A stretch of DNA of 64,000 nt from an uncultured bacterium (GTDB taxonomy: Bacteria; Babelota; Babeliae; Babelales; Babelaceae). The notes under the pieces were generated by a model. It had not been told where the DNA came from and did not search any database. It worked only from the letters and a program-made list of their open reading frames with translations. The stretch is taken from positions 96,001 to 160,000 of the forward strand of contig CAWGPQ010000006.1 in NCBI GenBank assembly GCA_963824495.1, written 5' to 3'. Position numbers and translations under genes: made by a program. Positions 12,131 through 22,916 of this stretch are shown one piece after another (position 1 is the first letter of the stretch; the number at the start of each line of letters is the position of its first letter).

Positions 12131-12844
12131 TTACCAGGCCCCTAAAAGGCCTGCCATAAGCGTTGCACTTTTTGCTATAGTAACTAAGAGTATAGATTTG
12201 ATGGTATTAGCAAAGAGCAAGACTATGATCATAGGTGCAATAACCATAAGAAAATCAGCATGGCGTACATAGCTATAGCCACGATCAAGCCCTATAACGA
12301 GTGCGTAGCGGAAACTATTGAGGATCAGACTTAACGATGCAATAAAGACACTTATAAAAATAATTGCAAGAAGTACTGAAGCGCCTACGATGGCAAGTGA
12401 CGACCGATCACTATAAAGACCGGTAATGCTTGATAATGGTATGCTTTCCGATGAAAACATCCCTTGAAGGAGCAAGAGTGAGTATGGCCCATACATAAGA
12501 ATAAGAGCTACTAATGATATAAGCGCAAGTACACTGCTCAGTAATGATTCTGATGCATACATCAGCATAAGTCGAGCAGAGCGCCAGGGAGCATATATGC
12601 GCTGAGGGTCAATAGGCAAGATCTTTCCCCACCCAAAGCCAAAGAGTATCACCAGACCCAGCCCCAAAGCGTCAATATGCGCAAGGGGATTAAGGCTGAG
12701 TAAACCGGCATCTTCAGCAGTTGAGTCACCCATTTTTTTAGCCAACCATGCCTGACCTGCTCCCGTAAGGGTTACCGACAAGAAGTAGGCACAAACAAGG
12801 CAAAGTTTTGTGACGATTGATTCAGTTGTTTGAATATTGAGCAT
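12131..12844 (-). CDS. Site-2 protease (M50) homolog lacking HEXXH, probably inactive
   Basis: [30 protein letters not shown]...FGWGK matches the M50 signature; TGAGQ occupies the HEXXH position. Confidence 0.7.
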   Translation of the reverse strand: MLNIQTTESIVTKLCLVCAYFLSVTLTGAGQAWLAKKMGDSTAEDAGLLSLNPLAHIDALGLGLVILFGFGWGKILPIDPQRIYAPWRSARLMLMYASESLLSSVLALISLVALILMYGPYSLLLLQGMFSSESIPLSSITGLYSDRSSLAIVGASVLLAIIFISVFIASLSLILNSFRYALVIGLDRGYSYVRHADFLMVIAPMIIVLLFANTIKSILLVTIAKSATLMAGLLGAW

Positions 12845-12912
12845 AAGACTCTATGATGTTGCAAGGGAATACAAGTGTTACACGATGTTACTTGCTATAA
12901 TTCTACCCTCAT

Positions 12913-12941
12913 AGTATATAAGAAATTGCTGAAATCGTCAA
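12913..12941 (-). promoter_or_regulatory. Putative sigma70-type promoter for the S2P-like/tyrS operon
   Basis: Minus strand TTGACG-N17-TATACT. Confidence 0.55.
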
Positions 12942-13103
12942 TTTGCGTACTCGAGTAGTGTCTGGAAGCCGATCAACGTAAATAGCTATAGGCACAGATA
13001 GTGCTTGAAATATCATGAATCGGGTGAGAAAGCTAGTTTGTGATAAAGCGAACGAAAAATAAAGATATACGTAATAGCATCGCTTGTTGTTGGGCTATCA
13101 TCG

Positions 13104-14018
13104 ATGTATAGTATACTGCTAGAATGTATGAATGGGGAATTGGAACCAGCAAGTCCTGTTGTTCTTGCCAATCAAAAATTGCTGAATGCAGCGATAGAGG
13201 GAGACCTCAAGGCAGTACAAGTTGCCCTTGAAGAAGGTGCTGACGTTAATGCTACCGATCGCAATGGTAATACTCCTCTTATATTAGCGCTTTGGCGTCG
13301 CTCTAATCCTATAGCCAGATTGCTTATAGAGCGTGGCACTGATGTAAACCATACTAATAATCTTGGCTGGGATGCTCTTCAGTGGGCAGTTAAGCAAAAC
13401 AATCCAGAGATAGTTAGAATGCTGTTGCTTCATAATACTCGTATGACAGAAAATAGAAAGGGTGTTCTGAATTTTTTGCAAACATATAATGTTTCGCCGT
13501 TATCTCTAGCAATTATAGACGGGAATAGAAAAGATATTACCCAAGTTCTTGCTAGCTTACCACAGGAAAATATAGATGCTCAAGATAATTTTGGCATGAC
13601 AGCGTTACACTGGGCGGCAGCTCGTAACGATGAACAAACAGTTAATGAATTGCTTAAGCGCAATGCCGACGTCAATATTCGTGATAATGATGGCAATACA
13701 CCATTACATTATGCAGCACGTAATGGCTATTTACATATCGTTCGAGCTCTGCTTGCCCATAATGCACAGGTTAATCTTTTTAACGATCACAACGAATCTG
13801 CATGGATTCTTGCCCTCAGAAATAATCACCCTGAAGTTGTTAATCTTCTCGAAAGATACGCAGGACCTGCTGTATTTGGCTTAGTAACACGAGCAGGACA
13901 AGTTGGAGAACTTGCAAATCTTCCAGGTGATATTACTCTTCCTGCCGAGATTGCTGCTTTAGTTGCCCAATATGCTATGGCTCCTGGTGCTCAAGTACCT
14001 TCAGGGCATTCCGCTTAA
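13104..14018 (+). CDS. Ankyrin-repeat protein, probably exported
   Basis: Multiple GxTPLH/GMTALHWAA ankyrin repeats; an in-frame hydrophobic leader extends upstream to about 13056. Confidence 0.9.
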   Translation: MYSILLECMNGELEPASPVVLANQKLLNAAIEGDLKAVQVALEEGADVNATDRNGNTPLILALWRRSNPIARLLIERGTDVNHTNNLGWDALQWAVKQNNPEIVRMLLLHNTRMTENRKGVLNFLQTYNVSPLSLAIIDGNRKDITQVLASLPQENIDAQDNFGMTALHWAAARNDEQTVNELLKRNADVNIRDNDGNTPLHYAARNGYLHIVRALLAHNAQVNLFNDHNESAWILALRNNHPEVVNLLERYAGPAVFGLVTRAGQVGELANLPGDITLPAEIAALVAQYAMAPGAQVPSGHSA

Positions 14019-14112
14019 TCAGAGCCTCAATCACCTTATAATCCTTATGCATGCTTCACAAAGTTTGTGGGAAGGCTAGACTGGTCTGCCAAGAAGCTGT
14101 AACAAAAATCAC

Positions 14113-16365
14113 ATGAGCATGAGGGTAAGCATGAGGGTGAGCATGAGAGTAAGCGTAAGACATGCAGTACAACGTTGGTATCTAGTAGGATTGCCTTTAG
14201 TGTTGGCACTATTAGGCATGCTATGTTATTACCCTTCGCTTACCTATAGCTTTCAGTTTGATGATCTTTCTAATATCGTAAAGTTCTATGATATTCGTCA
14301 CAAAACCTTTGGTTCTCTCTTTTTTAGTGGTCCGCGTTGGATATCTTATTGGCTTAATACAGTTTATTACCGTTACGCCCAGTTTGAGCCCTTTATATAT
14401 AGGCTGGGCAATATCAGTGCTCATCTTCTTACGGGTATATTACTTTTTTATGTGATACTTCTTGCTCTTAGTTTTTTAAAAAAAGAAAACTTTTTTAAGC
14501 TGCATAGTTTTTGGTTAGCATTGTGCACAGCTGGTTTTTTTATTATGCATCCAGTACAAACACAAACAGTATCATATGTTATTCAAGGGCAGCTTGAAGG
14601 GCTTGCCGGATTAGGTATTATGAGCATGGTGCTCTGCTTTTTGCTTCGAGCACGTATTACTCGTGCTCTATTCAGGGGACTAGTTACTCTTGTGCTTTTG
14701 GTACTTACAGTGATAACCTGTGGTACTAAAGAAATAGCTATTATTTCACCCGTGTTGCTCCTGCTCGTTGATTGGTTCTTTGTCGCTCAAGGAGAGTGGT
14801 CAGAATTGCAGAAGCGTTGGTTGCTCCATGGAGCGATAGCTCTGATTGTAGGTGGTATATATTGTTATTTTCTTAAGCCACGTTTTTTTATCGATCTTCT
14901 TGGTTTTAAGCTCGAAATGCGTAATAATGTAGGCAATATGCTTACCCAAGGTGCAGCTGAGACCATTAAGCCTTTTGATTATCTTCTATCTGAGTTTAAA
15001 GTAATTCTGCATTATATAGCAATATTTATAGTGCCTGTATGGTTGAGTGTTGATTATGATTGGAAATTAACCGCAGGTTTTTTTGAGCTTGACTGCTTGG
15101 TGCCCTTTCTTATACTACTCGCTCTTGCATGGTGTATCGTACGGCGTCTACGGCGTGATCGCGTTGATCTTATAAGCTTTGGTCTTTTGTGGTTTTTTGT
15201 TGTTATCCTGCCACGTGCAAGTATTATACCTTCTATGGAGTTGGTATCGGATTACAAAACCTATATAGCTTCAGTTGGTCTGCTTTTTGTTGGAGCCTAT
15301 TATGTGCTCAAATTCTGCGTTTTGCTCGAAAATTTAAGTAGTGTATTCAAATCTCCTGCGCTCAAAACTGCACTTATTATGATTATGTTGTGCTGTACTG
15401 GTTACCTGACTGCCAAGCGCAATACTGTTTGGCGAACAGCTGAAGAATTTTGGTCACATATTGTTAACATGAAACCACAAAAAGCACGGCCCTATAATAA
15501 TTATGGCATGGTATTAACAGAAAAGGGTTTATATAGAGAAGCTATTATATATTTTAAAAAAGCATTAAGTTTTGACCCCTACTATCCTGACGCTTACAAT
15601 AACTTAGCCGTTGCCTATCATGGTATTGGTGAACTTGACTTAGGAATCGAATGCTTAAAAACGAGCATTAGCCTACAGCCCTATTGTCCCGAAGGGTATA
15701 ATAATCTCGCATCGTATTTAATTGAACAAAAGAATTACGACGCAGCTGAAGCAGCTTTGCACACAGCACTTAAGTTTCGCCGTCACTATGGTAAGGCACT
15801 GTATAATCTTGGACGTATTTATGTAGAGCGCGATCAGATTCAGGAAGCATGTGCATATTTTAAAAAATGCTGTACAGAAGCAGATTTTGATAATGAGCTC
15901 GGGTTTGATGCTTACGGTAAAACGAGCCTCATACTAGGTAACTATAGTGATGCTATAGAAGCATATAGCAAGATTTTAGCACGTAACCCAGACTCATATG
16001 AAGCAAACGCAAGCCTTTCGTATGCCTGTTTAGGCAATAAAGAGTATGATAACGTGCAGGTACTCTGCAAAAAGTTAGTTACCCGTAACCCTTATAACCC
16101 TCATGTTCTTTTTACGTGGGCAGAATCACTTATCCCTCAAGGTAGATATTATGAAGCACTGCAGCTTTATCAGAAAGTTACTCAGCTTGATTGCAATAAG
16201 CTTGTTGTCTACGTACGCATAGCGGGTTGTTTAGATAAGCTTGGTCGTCATGATGAAGCTCTTGATTATTTAGATAGCGTGCTCGACGCTAATCCCCCCG
16301 AAGAGCTTAGGCAATCAGCTCAAGCAGCCCGAGCCAGACTTGTGCATGATACTTTCACGTTATAG
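14113..16365 (+). CDS. Multi-pass membrane protein with C-terminal TPRs (TMTC/GT-C glycosyltransferase-like)
   Basis: FQFDD loop motif, HPVQTQTV, LSVDYDW, RNTVW then TPR repeats (AYNNLA, GYNNLA, LYNLG). Confidence 0.8.
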   Translation: MSMRVSMRVSMRVSVRHAVQRWYLVGLPLVLALLGMLCYYPSLTYSFQFDDLSNIVKFYDIRHKTFGSLFFSGPRWISYWLNTVYYRYAQFEPFIYRLGNISAHLLTGILLFYVILLALSFLKKENFFKLHSFWLALCTAGFFIMHPVQTQTVSYVIQGQLEGLAGLGIMSMVLCFLLRARITRALFRGLVTLVLLVLTVITCGTKEIAIISPVLLLLVDWFFVAQGEWSELQKRWLLHGAIALIVGGIYCYFLKPRFFIDLLGFKLEMRNNVGNMLTQGAAETIKPFDYLLSEFKVILHYIAIFIVPVWLSVDYDWKLTAGFFELDCLVPFLILLALAWCIVRRLRRDRVDLISFGLLWFFVVILPRASIIPSMELVSDYKTYIASVGLLFVGAYYVLKFCVLLENLSSVFKSPALKTALIMIMLCCTGYLTAKRNTVWRTAEEFWSHIVNMKPQKARPYNNYGMVLTEKGLYREAIIYFKKALSFDPYYPDAYNNLAVAYHGIGELDLGIECLKTSISLQPYCPEGYNNLASYLIEQKNYDAAEAALHTALKFRRHYGKALYNLGRIYVERDQIQEACAYFKKCCTEADFDNELGFDAYGKTSLILGNYSDAIEAYSKILARNPDSYEANASLSYACLGNKEYDNVQVLCKKLVTRNPYNPHVLFTWAESLIPQGRYYEALQLYQKVTQLDCNKLVVYVRIAGCLDKLGRHDEALDYLDSVLDANPPEELRQSAQAARARLVHDTFTL
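14116..14160 (+). repeat. 12-bp tandem repeat (AGCATGAGRGTR, about 3.7 copies) at the gene start
   Basis: agcatgagggta agcatgagggtg agcatgagagta agcgtaaga, encoding SMRV SMRV SMRV SVR. Confidence 0.85.
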
Positions 16366-16430
16366 TGCATTTATGTGCTATACTTTCGTGTATATACTCA
16401 CTATCAAAGCACCTATAAGGCACATGTATT

Positions 16431-17177
16431 ATGAACGCAGCAGCATCCGACAAAAAGCCTCAAGAACTTGTTTTTGGTATTCATCCGCTTGTAGAATTAC
16501 TAAGAGCACGCAGGCGCCCCCTGTATATGATCTATACTACACGCCCAACGCCTAAATCGTGGGAAGAAATAGAGCGTTTACTGCCTACGCAAGGCAGGAT
16601 TATACCCATTCAATATGTTACGCGTGAAGTGTTGAATCGATTAGCTGGTACAACTGACCATCAAGGTGTTGTTGCATGGGCTGGACCGTTTCCTTTTCGC
16701 AAGAAATTCTTCGATCCGATACGTAGCCCTTTCTTGGTAATGCTTGATAGTATACAAGACACACGCAATCTCGGTGCAATTTTGCGCTCTGCTTACTGTA
16801 CCGGTTTCGATGGTGTTGTTATAGCTCAAAAAAAAAGCGCGCCATTACGTGCTTCAGCATTAAAAGCTTCTGCAGGGCTTGCAGAACATCTTGAAATATA
16901 CGAAGCACCATCAGCACGTGCGGCAGCACAGGAGTTAAAGAAAGCCGGTTATACGTTGTATATGGCTGCTTTAGGTGGTAAAGATGCAACAACCGTAACG
17001 TATCAAGGCCCCTTGTGTGGTGTTATCGGTAATGAAGCAGTAGGTATATCACCTGAGATACTAAAAATGGGCCAAATGGTTACGCTTCCTCAGCGTTCCC
17101 CCGATATCTCATATAACGCTTCTGTAGCAGCAGGGATCTTGCTTTTTTTAATTTCTACCCAAAATAAGAGAATATAG
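16431..17177 (+). CDS. rlmB: SpoU/TrmH-family RNA 2'-O-methyltransferase (RlmB-like)
   Basis: FGIHP, HQGVVA, LDSIQDTRNLGAILRSA, GNEAVG, SYNASVAAG. Confidence 0.85.
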   Translation: MNAAASDKKPQELVFGIHPLVELLRARRRPLYMIYTTRPTPKSWEEIERLLPTQGRIIPIQYVTREVLNRLAGTTDHQGVVAWAGPFPFRKKFFDPIRSPFLVMLDSIQDTRNLGAILRSAYCTGFDGVVIAQKKSAPLRASALKASAGLAEHLEIYEAPSARAAAQELKKAGYTLYMAALGGKDATTVTYQGPLCGVIGNEAVGISPEILKMGQMVTLPQRSPDISYNASVAAGILLFLISTQNKRI

Positions 17178-17189
17178 AGAGCTCGTTTT

Positions 17190-18329
17190 ATGAAAAAATT
17201 GCCTTTAGATGTAAGTGATTTCGAAACGATGATTAAGGGCGGCTACGTTTACGTTGATAAAACATGCTTTATGTACAGTATGACAACTCAAGCTTGATTT
17301 TATTTTTTATCACGTCCTCGTCGTTTCGGTAAATCGTTGCTTATTTCAACATTTAAAGAACTATTTCTTGGTAACAAGCAGCTCTTTGAAGGGCTTTTGA
17401 TTGCCCAAAGTGATTACGATTGGGCAAAATATCCTGTTATAAGCTTAGATTTGTCTGCTCTTGTTACGAGCAGCGCTCAAGAGCTTAAAGTAAGCCTGAG
17501 CAATCGTATTGATAAAATAGCACGAGGTTATTCAATCGAAGTTGGAAGTGGTACAACTATTGAAGATAAGCTCTCGGATTTACTAGACGGCTTGCATCAG
17601 CACTATGGAAAAGTTGTTGTGCTCATAGATGAGTACGATTACCCTTTGTTAAGACATATCGATAATCCTATAATAGCACACGCTGTTTTAGAGGTGCTTA
17701 AATCTTTCTTTATCGTCGTCAAGAGTCTGAGTGGTAAGTTTAAGTTTATCTTTGTGACAGGTGTTACAAAGTTTTCAAAAACTTCGCTTTTCTCTGGTCT
17801 TAATAATTTGATTGATATTACCATGGACCCACAGTATAGTACGTTATTGGGATACACCCAAGCAGAACTTGAGTACTATTTTGCTGAAAATATAGATACA
17901 ATTGCTTATCAACAAGATCAGCCTCAATCCGCCCTGCAAAAAACTATCAGATCATGGTACAACGGTTATCAATTTAGCGAAAAAGCCCTCAAAGTATATA
18001 ATCCTTTTTCTGTGCTATTTTTTTTTAATAGTGGTCATTTTGACAACTATTGGTTCAATACTGGTACTCCATCATTTCTCATAGAGCTTATAAAAAGATA
18101 TAAGTATCCCATACAAGATTTACAGGGTGCTCAATTAAACGAGCTAGAAATGAATACTTTTGAAATCGACGAATTACCTATTGTCCCTATTTGCTTTCAG
18201 ACAGGATATCTTACCATTGAGGCCTATAATCCCGATACAAATAATTATGTATTAGATTACCCAAATTGAGAAGTTGAAGTCTTATGTAAAAGCTTTGTAA
18301 GATATCTTATGCAGGCGAAAGGAGCCTAA
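17190..18329 (+). pseudogene. Disrupted AAA-ATPase-like / PD-(D/E)XK family gene
   Basis: MKKLPLDVSDFETMIKGGYVYVDKT...QA*FYFLSRPRRFGKS: in-frame TGA at 17295 and 18267 (YPN*EV), then truncation with no nuclease domain. Confidence 0.85.
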
Positions 18330-18535
18330 ATGGCAACACGCTTTTACACCGTGCATCAGCATACAACATGGTACCAGTCGTTGAAAAGTTACTTGAACTT
18401 GGCGCAAACGTAACTGTAACCAATGACAAAAATCAAACAGCACGAGATATTGCACTGCTCATGCAGGATCAAGGTCTTACCAGAACTGCTATTATCGATA
18501 TGCTTACTCAAGCTCTTGAGCAACAAAAAAATTAA
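18329..18535 (+). pseudogene. Orphan 3' fragment of an ankyrin gene
   Basis: NGNTLLHRASAYNMVPVVEKLLELGANVTVTNDKNQTARDIA...KN*; in-frame TAA at 18287 upstream and no start ahead of the repeat. Confidence 0.75.
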
Positions 18536-18559
18536 TATATTCTTTTTGGGATTTAGATT

Positions 18560-18949
18560 ATGGCAATTGAGAAAAAAATAGAAGATATAGAAACACAAGC
18601 AGAGAAAGAAGGCTGGCCCTACCCAAAACTTTTTGAAGCTCTCAAAGATGCTGGTGTTATCTCATATGATGTATTTGTTGCATCTCATACACGAAGTTAC
18701 CATAGCAAGAGTACAGATTGGCAGGTAATAGAGCCACTGGAAGTGAGCCTAATAGTTGCTCAAAGTTTTAACGAAGAAAGCATAAAAAAAGCTCTGGCGC
18801 GCCGACGAGATAGGCAAGCTAATTACGGTGAGTTCCTCAAGGAACTTGGTCAAGCTGGGGTCAAAGAATACTCAATCGATATGCATAACAGAACTGCTAC
18901 ATACAAAGGTGATGCTGGCCAAGAATATGTTGAAAGAATTCCTCGATAA
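18560..18949 (+). CDS. DUF1398-family protein
   Basis: YPKLFEALKDAGVISYDV...YGEFLKELGQAGVKEYSIDM two-fold internal pattern typical of DUF1398. Confidence 0.7.
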   Translation: MAIEKKIEDIETQAEKEGWPYPKLFEALKDAGVISYDVFVASHTRSYHSKSTDWQVIEPLEVSLIVAQSFNEESIKKALARRRDRQANYGEFLKELGQAGVKEYSIDMHNRTATYKGDAGQEYVERIPR

Positions 18950-18981
18950 AATTATAGAGCTTTTTCGAGCACGCGTTAGGC

Positions 18982-20679
18982 TTACCCCTTAGTAAGATGG
19001 TTAACAAGATTCTCCCTTTTTGATGCAAGATCAGCTGCAATCGTGTCAACCTGGCCCAAAAGTGCTCCAAGTAGTTGATAGCTCTGAGGGTAGTGCGTTT
19101 GTAACTCAGTTACTTCCGGGATAACCTCCTGGTGTTTTTTCATTACATTGGCAAGTTTAATCAAGGTATCTGGACTAGGGGTCATCTCAAGGATCGGATA
19201 CATTGTAAGACCAAGGTCTATTAGCGTGAGTCCAAGATTAACTGTCTTTTCTAGATTGGTAAGTGTTTGTATATTGGTTTGGGCTCCGTTTAAGGATGTT
19301 GTAACTGCTATGTTAATTTCGGGAGAGAAAGAACTAGCTAAAGGACCTATTTGTTTTTGAAGATTTTCTATGGTTTCCCGATAGTGCTTGTGCATGGCTT
19401 GAATTTCTTTAAGAACTTTAGTAAGTTGCTCAGTAATTGCTCGTAAGGATATTTGTTGTCCTAGTTGCGACAAGATCTGTTGTAGTCGCTTCGGGACTTC
19501 ATCAATAAATTGCTCGATTTCATTATTAAGCTTTACTAGCTCCATCAACGCTGTATAACCTGGTTGGGTTACGGGAATAGCTGCTTCCCGAGTAATGATA
19601 TTAGGAATGTTGGGTCGCGATTGCATTAGGTTAAGTTGTCCTGAAGGTCCTATAAGTGGCTCTATTGCTTGTTCCTCAAAAAACGGTAATTCCTATAACC
19701 AAGAAGCTGCTGGATGCTGTTGTGGTTGAACGGGTGCTGCAGCAGCTGCTGGCGCCCCTGGGGCAGCAGCAGGGGCTTGGCGGAAGAATTCAGCAAATGC
19801 ACGCTTAAGGGCTTCAACTCCTACAATGCTTAAAATAGAAGCCAATGGTCGCTTAGTGCTTTGGATTCCAGTCGATATAAAGTCTACAATGGTATCCCAC
19901 TGGCTTGGGCTTGTGTCATGTATAAGCTTTGCTATCTTTTTGGCCGATGGCTGGAGGTCTTCAAGGTAGTACTTGCCCTGATTTGCCAACTTTTCATCAT
20001 AAGGAATATCGTTTTGCCTATAGAAAGCATGAACGGTTGCTAAATATTTACGAGCAGATTTACTTTGCTTAGGTTTATTATATGCCCCATGCTTGGCATC
20101 TGCAAGCTCAAGTAAATAAACTTTTTTATGCCCAGACCCAACAAGCGCAGCGTAAAGTAACCGAGAATTATTAATAGGAACTATGCTATCATTTCTTGAG
20201 TGGACAATAAGTATAGGGGTATTGAGAGTGGCTTTACCTAACACTTCAGGCGTTATATCCATGGGCGATTCGGCTATAATAGCTTTTAAACGATAGAGTG
20301 GGGTTGGCCGTGTTGAGGCATCGCGCAAGGCTCGCCCTGCACCATGAGATAGACCTATAATAACAACGCCGTCATTAGAATTTTTTGCTGAATTAAGAGT
20401 ATTTCTGACCTCAGTATAGGCATTCTCAAGAGCAAGCATGTCAAGTACAGGTGTATGATTGTCAGAGAAACGGACAGCTTTATAGGGTTGGGTTGTAATA
20501 ATTGACCAGCCAGGATCAGTCTTGCCTGCATAAGAATCAGCTGTGCTTGGGTTACCCGGTATGTCCGGCACAAAGAGAAAATGTGCCTCTGGCTGGCCAT
20601 AGAGATACAGAGTGGAGGTTGCTAGGCAGGCGAAAAGCATAGCTATGTGTGCCATAGATAGATTCGTCTCTGGCTTCAT
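18982..20679 (-). pseudogene. Exported alpha/beta hydrolase plus helical C-terminal cargo, split by one in-frame TAG at 19693
   Basis: ORFs 19693-20679 and 18982-19626 are in the same frame with an open 22-codon linker (ASWL*ELPFFEEQAIEPLIGPSGQLNLM); GLSHG, HSRND and KHG catalytic motifs. Confidence 0.75.
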
Positions 20680-20839
20680 AAGTATTTCTCTCTTTCATAT
20701 TTAAATTGATTGCTATACATATTATTAAAATAATAGCATAAATTATTTTCGAAAACAATAATTAATTGTTTTAATTGAAGGTTTTAATCTTAGCAAAAGC
20801 ACGCTGCTCTAACTAAAAACATACTATCTTTTAAGCCCA

Positions 20840-22522
20840 TCAAGGGTTAGTAGGTGCTCTACTCGGTAAAGCTAAGGCTTTCGCAGGGGTCTGTGACGGC
20901 CTGAATGGATGGGTGTAATTATAGAGGGGAGTGCATGCACCTTGGATCTCCCAGTCCCTAAAGAGCTTATTGATATCCAGTCCTTTATCAACTAAAAATC
21001 CTGTAAGATATAATGCTTCTTCTAGGTCCGATGACTGGTCATCTTCTGGACTAGCAGTGATGGTTCCCTCTGCTCTAAAATTGATTTCTTGCAGTATGGG
21101 AAAAAGATCGTGTTGTTCATGCAGTTGCTCTGCTGCAAACAGATCAGCTCGTTGTTCTTGGCTTCGATTAAGCAATTTAATAGTATAGATATTTTTATCT
21201 GTTGGAGGATCCCAAAAGGGAGTTTCTTGTTGTGGTGTACCGTATAGCCATTTCATAAGTACTGAGTGGCGTAGTGCGTGCCATAAGGAGCCTTCTGCTG
21301 AAGCTACAGCTTGAAGTATCGTTCTTCCTGTACGGGTTGTTTGATCAAGTGCTTTCTTACCAAGTTCAACAAAATGATTAACATCTTTAATGGTTTTTTG
21401 TACATTTGGCGTATCCAACAACTGTTGAGCTCGTTCACCATATGAGCCTACCCAATCGCTTGCTGCTTGATCACGATTAATAACATGACTCATCTCATGG
21501 TAAACGGTAAAGAGGAGATCGCCTAAATCAGGTGATTCTCTAAGGGCTACAAAGGGTGTATTATGTCTAAGAACTTCACCCGCATGGCCCAAGACTTCCG
21601 ATCGCCTAGTTAACACAGGAAATAGCGGACCTTTAATATTAGAGATCTGTTGAGCCTCTTTAATAAGCTGCTCGTAAGCAAATGTTGGCCGATAATGGTT
21701 GACGTGTGAGAGCTCAAGAACTTCTGCATAAAGTACTTCTTGTTCAAGCTTTTTTAAACGATTAGTGTCAATATTTTTGATTGTCGTAGCATGCGGCAAG
21801 CCTAACAGTTCCATCAAGAAGTTGTAGGTGAATAATGCCTCTTTTGTATTGGTTGCATCGGGGTTTTCTTTCATAAGGCTCATAAGCTCAATGAGATCTT
21901 TAAGCAGATCATCACGTTTATCTGCTTTTGTACTAATATTGCGTGTACGCCAATATTTCTCATGAGCGTCTTTCCAAAGATTATATGCTATAGCAGTGTT
22001 AACCCATTTTTGATCTATCTGATTAAATAGTGCTGCGGGCTGAGCATGTAAAAGTTCCCGTAAAAAGTTATAGGTATAGAGGGCCTCTTGCTGAGCGAAA
22101 GCATGCAATGGTGTTGCGGTGCTGCTTATATCAAGCCAAATATAAAGGGTGTCTATAAGATCTTGAGCTTTTTGTGCAGTAGTAGTAATATTTTTTTTTA
22201 TCCATGCATCGCGCTGGCTATTCTTGTAGAGCGAGTATCCAGTTTCCGTAAGCCAGGCTTGATCAACATCAGCTAGCGATGAAACTTGTGGCATGTTAAA
22301 AATTTTGCGCAGATCATTATAGCTTTGTAAAGCTGTAGCTTTACATTCAGCATCTCCAAGCCCTTCCTGAATAACGCTGAGGTTTGAAGCAGCACTTCTG
22401 AAGAGAGCATTTTCGCTCAGCGTTACCTTTTTTTCAAGGGCTTGCGCGATAGGTACTATAGAACATCCAGCTATAATTACGAGTATACTTTGATACCATT
22501 GTAGAAATTTTTGCTGCGTCAT
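20840..22522 (-). CDS. Exported zinc metallopeptidase-like protein (HEXXH plus ExxAD) with about three N-terminal ~80-aa repeats
   Basis: Signal peptide; TVYHEMSHV and SQEQRADLFAA; repeats SYNDLRK/TYNFLRE/TYNFLME. Confidence 0.75.
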   Translation of the reverse strand: MTQQKFLQWYQSILVIIAGCSIVPIAQALEKKVTLSENALFRSAASNLSVIQEGLGDAECKATALQSYNDLRKIFNMPQVSSLADVDQAWLTETGYSLYKNSQRDAWIKKNITTTAQKAQDLIDTLYIWLDISSTATPLHAFAQQEALYTYNFLRELLHAQPAALFNQIDQKWVNTAIAYNLWKDAHEKYWRTRNISTKADKRDDLLKDLIELMSLMKENPDATNTKEALFTYNFLMELLGLPHATTIKNIDTNRLKKLEQEVLYAEVLELSHVNHYRPTFAYEQLIKEAQQISNIKGPLFPVLTRRSEVLGHAGEVLRHNTPFVALRESPDLGDLLFTVYHEMSHVINRDQAASDWVGSYGERAQQLLDTPNVQKTIKDVNHFVELGKKALDQTTRTGRTILQAVASAEGSLWHALRHSVLMKWLYGTPQQETPFWDPPTDKNIYTIKLLNRSQEQRADLFAAEQLHEQHDLFPILQEINFRAEGTITASPEDDQSSDLEEALYLTGFLVDKGLDINKLFRDWEIQGACTPLYNYTHPFRPSQTPAKALALPSRAPTNP

Positions 22523-22916
22523 GTCTTCTCCTCGTCAATTTTGATTATTTTTAATCCCTTTTGTTATTTTTTATTATAATCTCATCGTATCACATCTCAA
22601 TTAAGAAAATCAATATTGAGCTGTATGCGCTGCTATACATTGATCGTGTTGTCTTGAGCAGATTATGACAATCAAGGCCAAGTTTTTGAGGCTTTCAAGG
22701 TCGCTGGGGTTTTCGCATTAGTTTAGCATTGCGTATTGGAGGGGTTTCTGAAAGCACAATAATCCCTGAAAAGCAGGCTGTCTTTTATGCTTATTTAACT
22801 CCCAACTCTGTTATTTTTTTAACTTCTCAATAAATATATTGACTCTTTGTATGTAAAAATTGTATGAAACAAAAAGGGGAACGTCATGTCAAGGGTTAAG
22901 GGTTAGGGGGGTTGTC

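Noticed and set aside
22886..22906. Six-codon uORF (MSRVKG*) with SD upstream of the ftsQ-like gene
   Set aside because: Too short to distinguish from chance or a decayed former start
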